64,000 bases of DNA from Selaginella moellendorffii (Eukaryota; Plantae; Lycopodiophyta), in NCBI RefSeq assembly GCF_000143415.4, contig NW_003314413.1, positions 124,001 through 188,000 on the forward strand. The letters are read 5' to 3'. Shown here in pieces: positions 61,691 to 64,000 of the stretch (the first letter of the stretch is position 1; the number at the start of each line of letters is the position of its first letter). The translations under genes and the position numbers were made by a program. The notes under the pieces are model-generated. The model saw nothing but the letters and a program-made list of their open reading frames with translations, was not told the DNA's origin and did not search any database.

Positions 61691-63059
61691 AGGTCTTCCT
61701 TGAGAAAATGTGGAGCTGACAAGAATGTCAAAGACAAAGGACAAATGAGCAACTAGTGTAAATAGTTCACAGAATCATTAGAAAGAATTGTTAAAGTTCC
61801 TCTAGTATGCACACTATTTGGATCTGGCTTGAGACCATCTAGTAGGAATGCTAAAGACTAAAGAGCTACTAGTGCAAGTAGGTACTGAAATTGTTAGGAA
61901 GAATTTTTAGAGTTTTTTCAATATGCAGACCATCTGGAGTTAGCTTGGGATTATAATACATGTAGAGGTGGTTCTCAATTTGGCATTTTTGTTCAACATT
62001 AGAAACATGTTGTCGATATATAGCTCTAATTTCCATTAGAACCATATTGTAGTATTATGGGATGAGATTTGGATATATTATTACCATTAATCCTTTGAAC
62101 TTTGGGGGATAAATAGGGATAAAATAACTACTAAGAACTTTCTAATCAAGCAATTGCCCTTCTTTTAGTTGGATTAAAAGAAGAGAGATAGAGTGTGTTA
62201 TATATAGTATCAACATGGGTTTGATTTTTATTAATTAGTAGCTACTTAAAATATAATATACCCTTACCCCTAAATTTAAAATTGTATATATATTAGGCAT
62301 CCATGTATATGTCTTTCCTCTTATGGAGCATCCACGGATGAAGGCATCTATAGTATGGGTGGATGATTAATTGCTTCGTATAGAATAATTAATTTATATA
62401 TTAAAAAATATTGATAAATTCAATGTGGAAATAAAGGTGCTAATTCACTTTAACTTAGTAAGGGTTGTTAATCAATAATCAATAAAGACATTGACATCTC
62501 TAAAGGGGGGTGTAATGCATGTGATCATGGGATAAAATTTAAATATACTATTACTGTGGATCCTTAAAATTTTAGGGGATAAGGATGAGAAAAGGAAACC
62601 GAACGGAACGACAAGCATTACCCCTTTTTTAGTTAGTTTAAGGGGAGAGAGATAGAGTGCGCTACATATATATTGCTTATATAATAGTTGCTCCAAGATT
62701 AGAGCTGTTGGATGAAGAACAAAAGTTTGATAATAACACTTTAATCATCATTCTTGTAATTGATTGTTATAGAGAATAACAAGATCAATGGTAATCATGA
62801 AAAATGTTAGATTTAGATGAGAAAGCATGAGATTTTTAATATCATCATAAATGCCTATGGTGGAAATACTCCTTGAGAGCTGCATTATCCCATAAAATAT
62901 TAGTGTGAACGTTATTAGTGTTGGCATTGACATGATCAAAACAATCTTTATCTTAATAACTCCTAGTGCTGTAAAGCTCTACAAGGAAATGAAAGAGACA
63001 AATACTACACCTGATTTATATTTTAGTTTCAGTAGGCTACTATTAGAAGGAGTCAAGGT

Positions 63060-63900
63060 CCATCACATTAGCTAAGTTTGGAATATCACCTTCATTTTTT
63101 ACCATCCTAGCTATTGTCCACATGGCTTTTTGCCATTTAGTAGGTACCCTTCTTCATCTGGCTTCTCTAGTTGCTTCAACTTCTTCCTCTATAGGTAAGC
63201 CAAGGTCTTTGGGATGATGATGCCTTCAGAAGAGGTCATCTAGGAAAGTAGCTCACACCTGAGATACAAACTCCTTAACTTCCTCCATGCCTTATAGTAT
63301 CACCTACCTTATCTCAATGCCCATGCCATCGCCTTGCAGTAGAATGCAACACCTCCCTTCTGCATGTTTGTTACAAGCTGAACAAATGGGAAGCATGATG
63401 CATTAGCCCACACAATAAGTCCACCATGGCCTGCCATAAAGACCTCTTCATCAACCTCTTATGCTTCATGTTAACACCCAGCAAAGCTCCCTGATCGAAT
63501 AGCTGCCTAAAGGTTTTTGACATTACGACCATATCATTCTTCAACCTCATAGTGAATTTAAATGAAACTACATTGAATAACTTCCCAATCCCCATTCACC
63601 CATTTGATCCATGGGTCTCCTTCCTATTTACCATTTTATTCCTTACACCCTAAGCCAACTCTACCTCTTTAGTATGCTATATCTTGTTCCAAAAGTTGTT
63701 GCTAGGTCTTTATCTTCAATGAGGTTTTCAGCTATGTCTTTGGTGATGGGCTTGTAAACTCTAAGCTACTTGTCTGAATTCCTCATCATTGATACCTGAT
63801 GTGCTCTGCATTTTAGAGTCAGTGTCCAACTCATGCCTTTGTTCAAGCATACTAGCAAGTGCCACTGTAATATGATGACAATGGTTATATGATGCTAGGA
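63060..63900 (-). pseudogene. Decayed copy of the unidentified repeated gene family
   Basis: Homologous to 61060-61690 and to both the 54200-54700 (-) and 55050-55430 (+) segments. Confidence 0.6.
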
Positions 63901-64000
63901 TGGGCATAAATCTGATCCTCATATTATATCCAGTGGGCCAGTGGGGAAGGTAAAATTAAAAGTAAAGGCATCTCAACAAAAAGTGATTATACCATGGATC

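Overview
Eukaryotic land-plant nuclear DNA. The very short introns, compact GC-rich genes and several PLS-class PPR genes suggest a lycophyte such as Selaginella (inference). Two GC-rich gene blocks (1-3.6 kb and 38-55 kb) contain two tetraspanins, two PLS-PPR genes plus a PPR pseudogene, a BBR/BPC GAGA-binding factor, a 7-exon acireductone dioxygenase, tRNA-Cys(GCA) and an intronless 2OG-Fe(II)-oxygenase-like gene lacking its metal ligands. Between them lies a ~34 kb AT-rich island: a decayed Ty1/copia element with nested copies of a non-coding Ty3/gypsy-derived LTR family, two of them complete with target-site duplications. The best candidates for new biology are missed by the ORF track because they are spliced or decayed. 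(1) At 4313-5319, a 5-exon, very AT-rich Hedgehog-type Hog gene encodes a signal peptide, a 27-aa four-Cys peptide, a Hint autoprocessing domain and a sterol-recognition-like helix. (2) At ~58071-59280 on the minus strand lies an intron-containing, decayed beta-class N6-adenine/N4-cytosine DNA methyltransferase among repeated fragments of an unknown gene family. (3) The non-coding retroelement carries tandem tRNA-minihelix-like hairpins. All exon models were derived by eye and no database searches were run.
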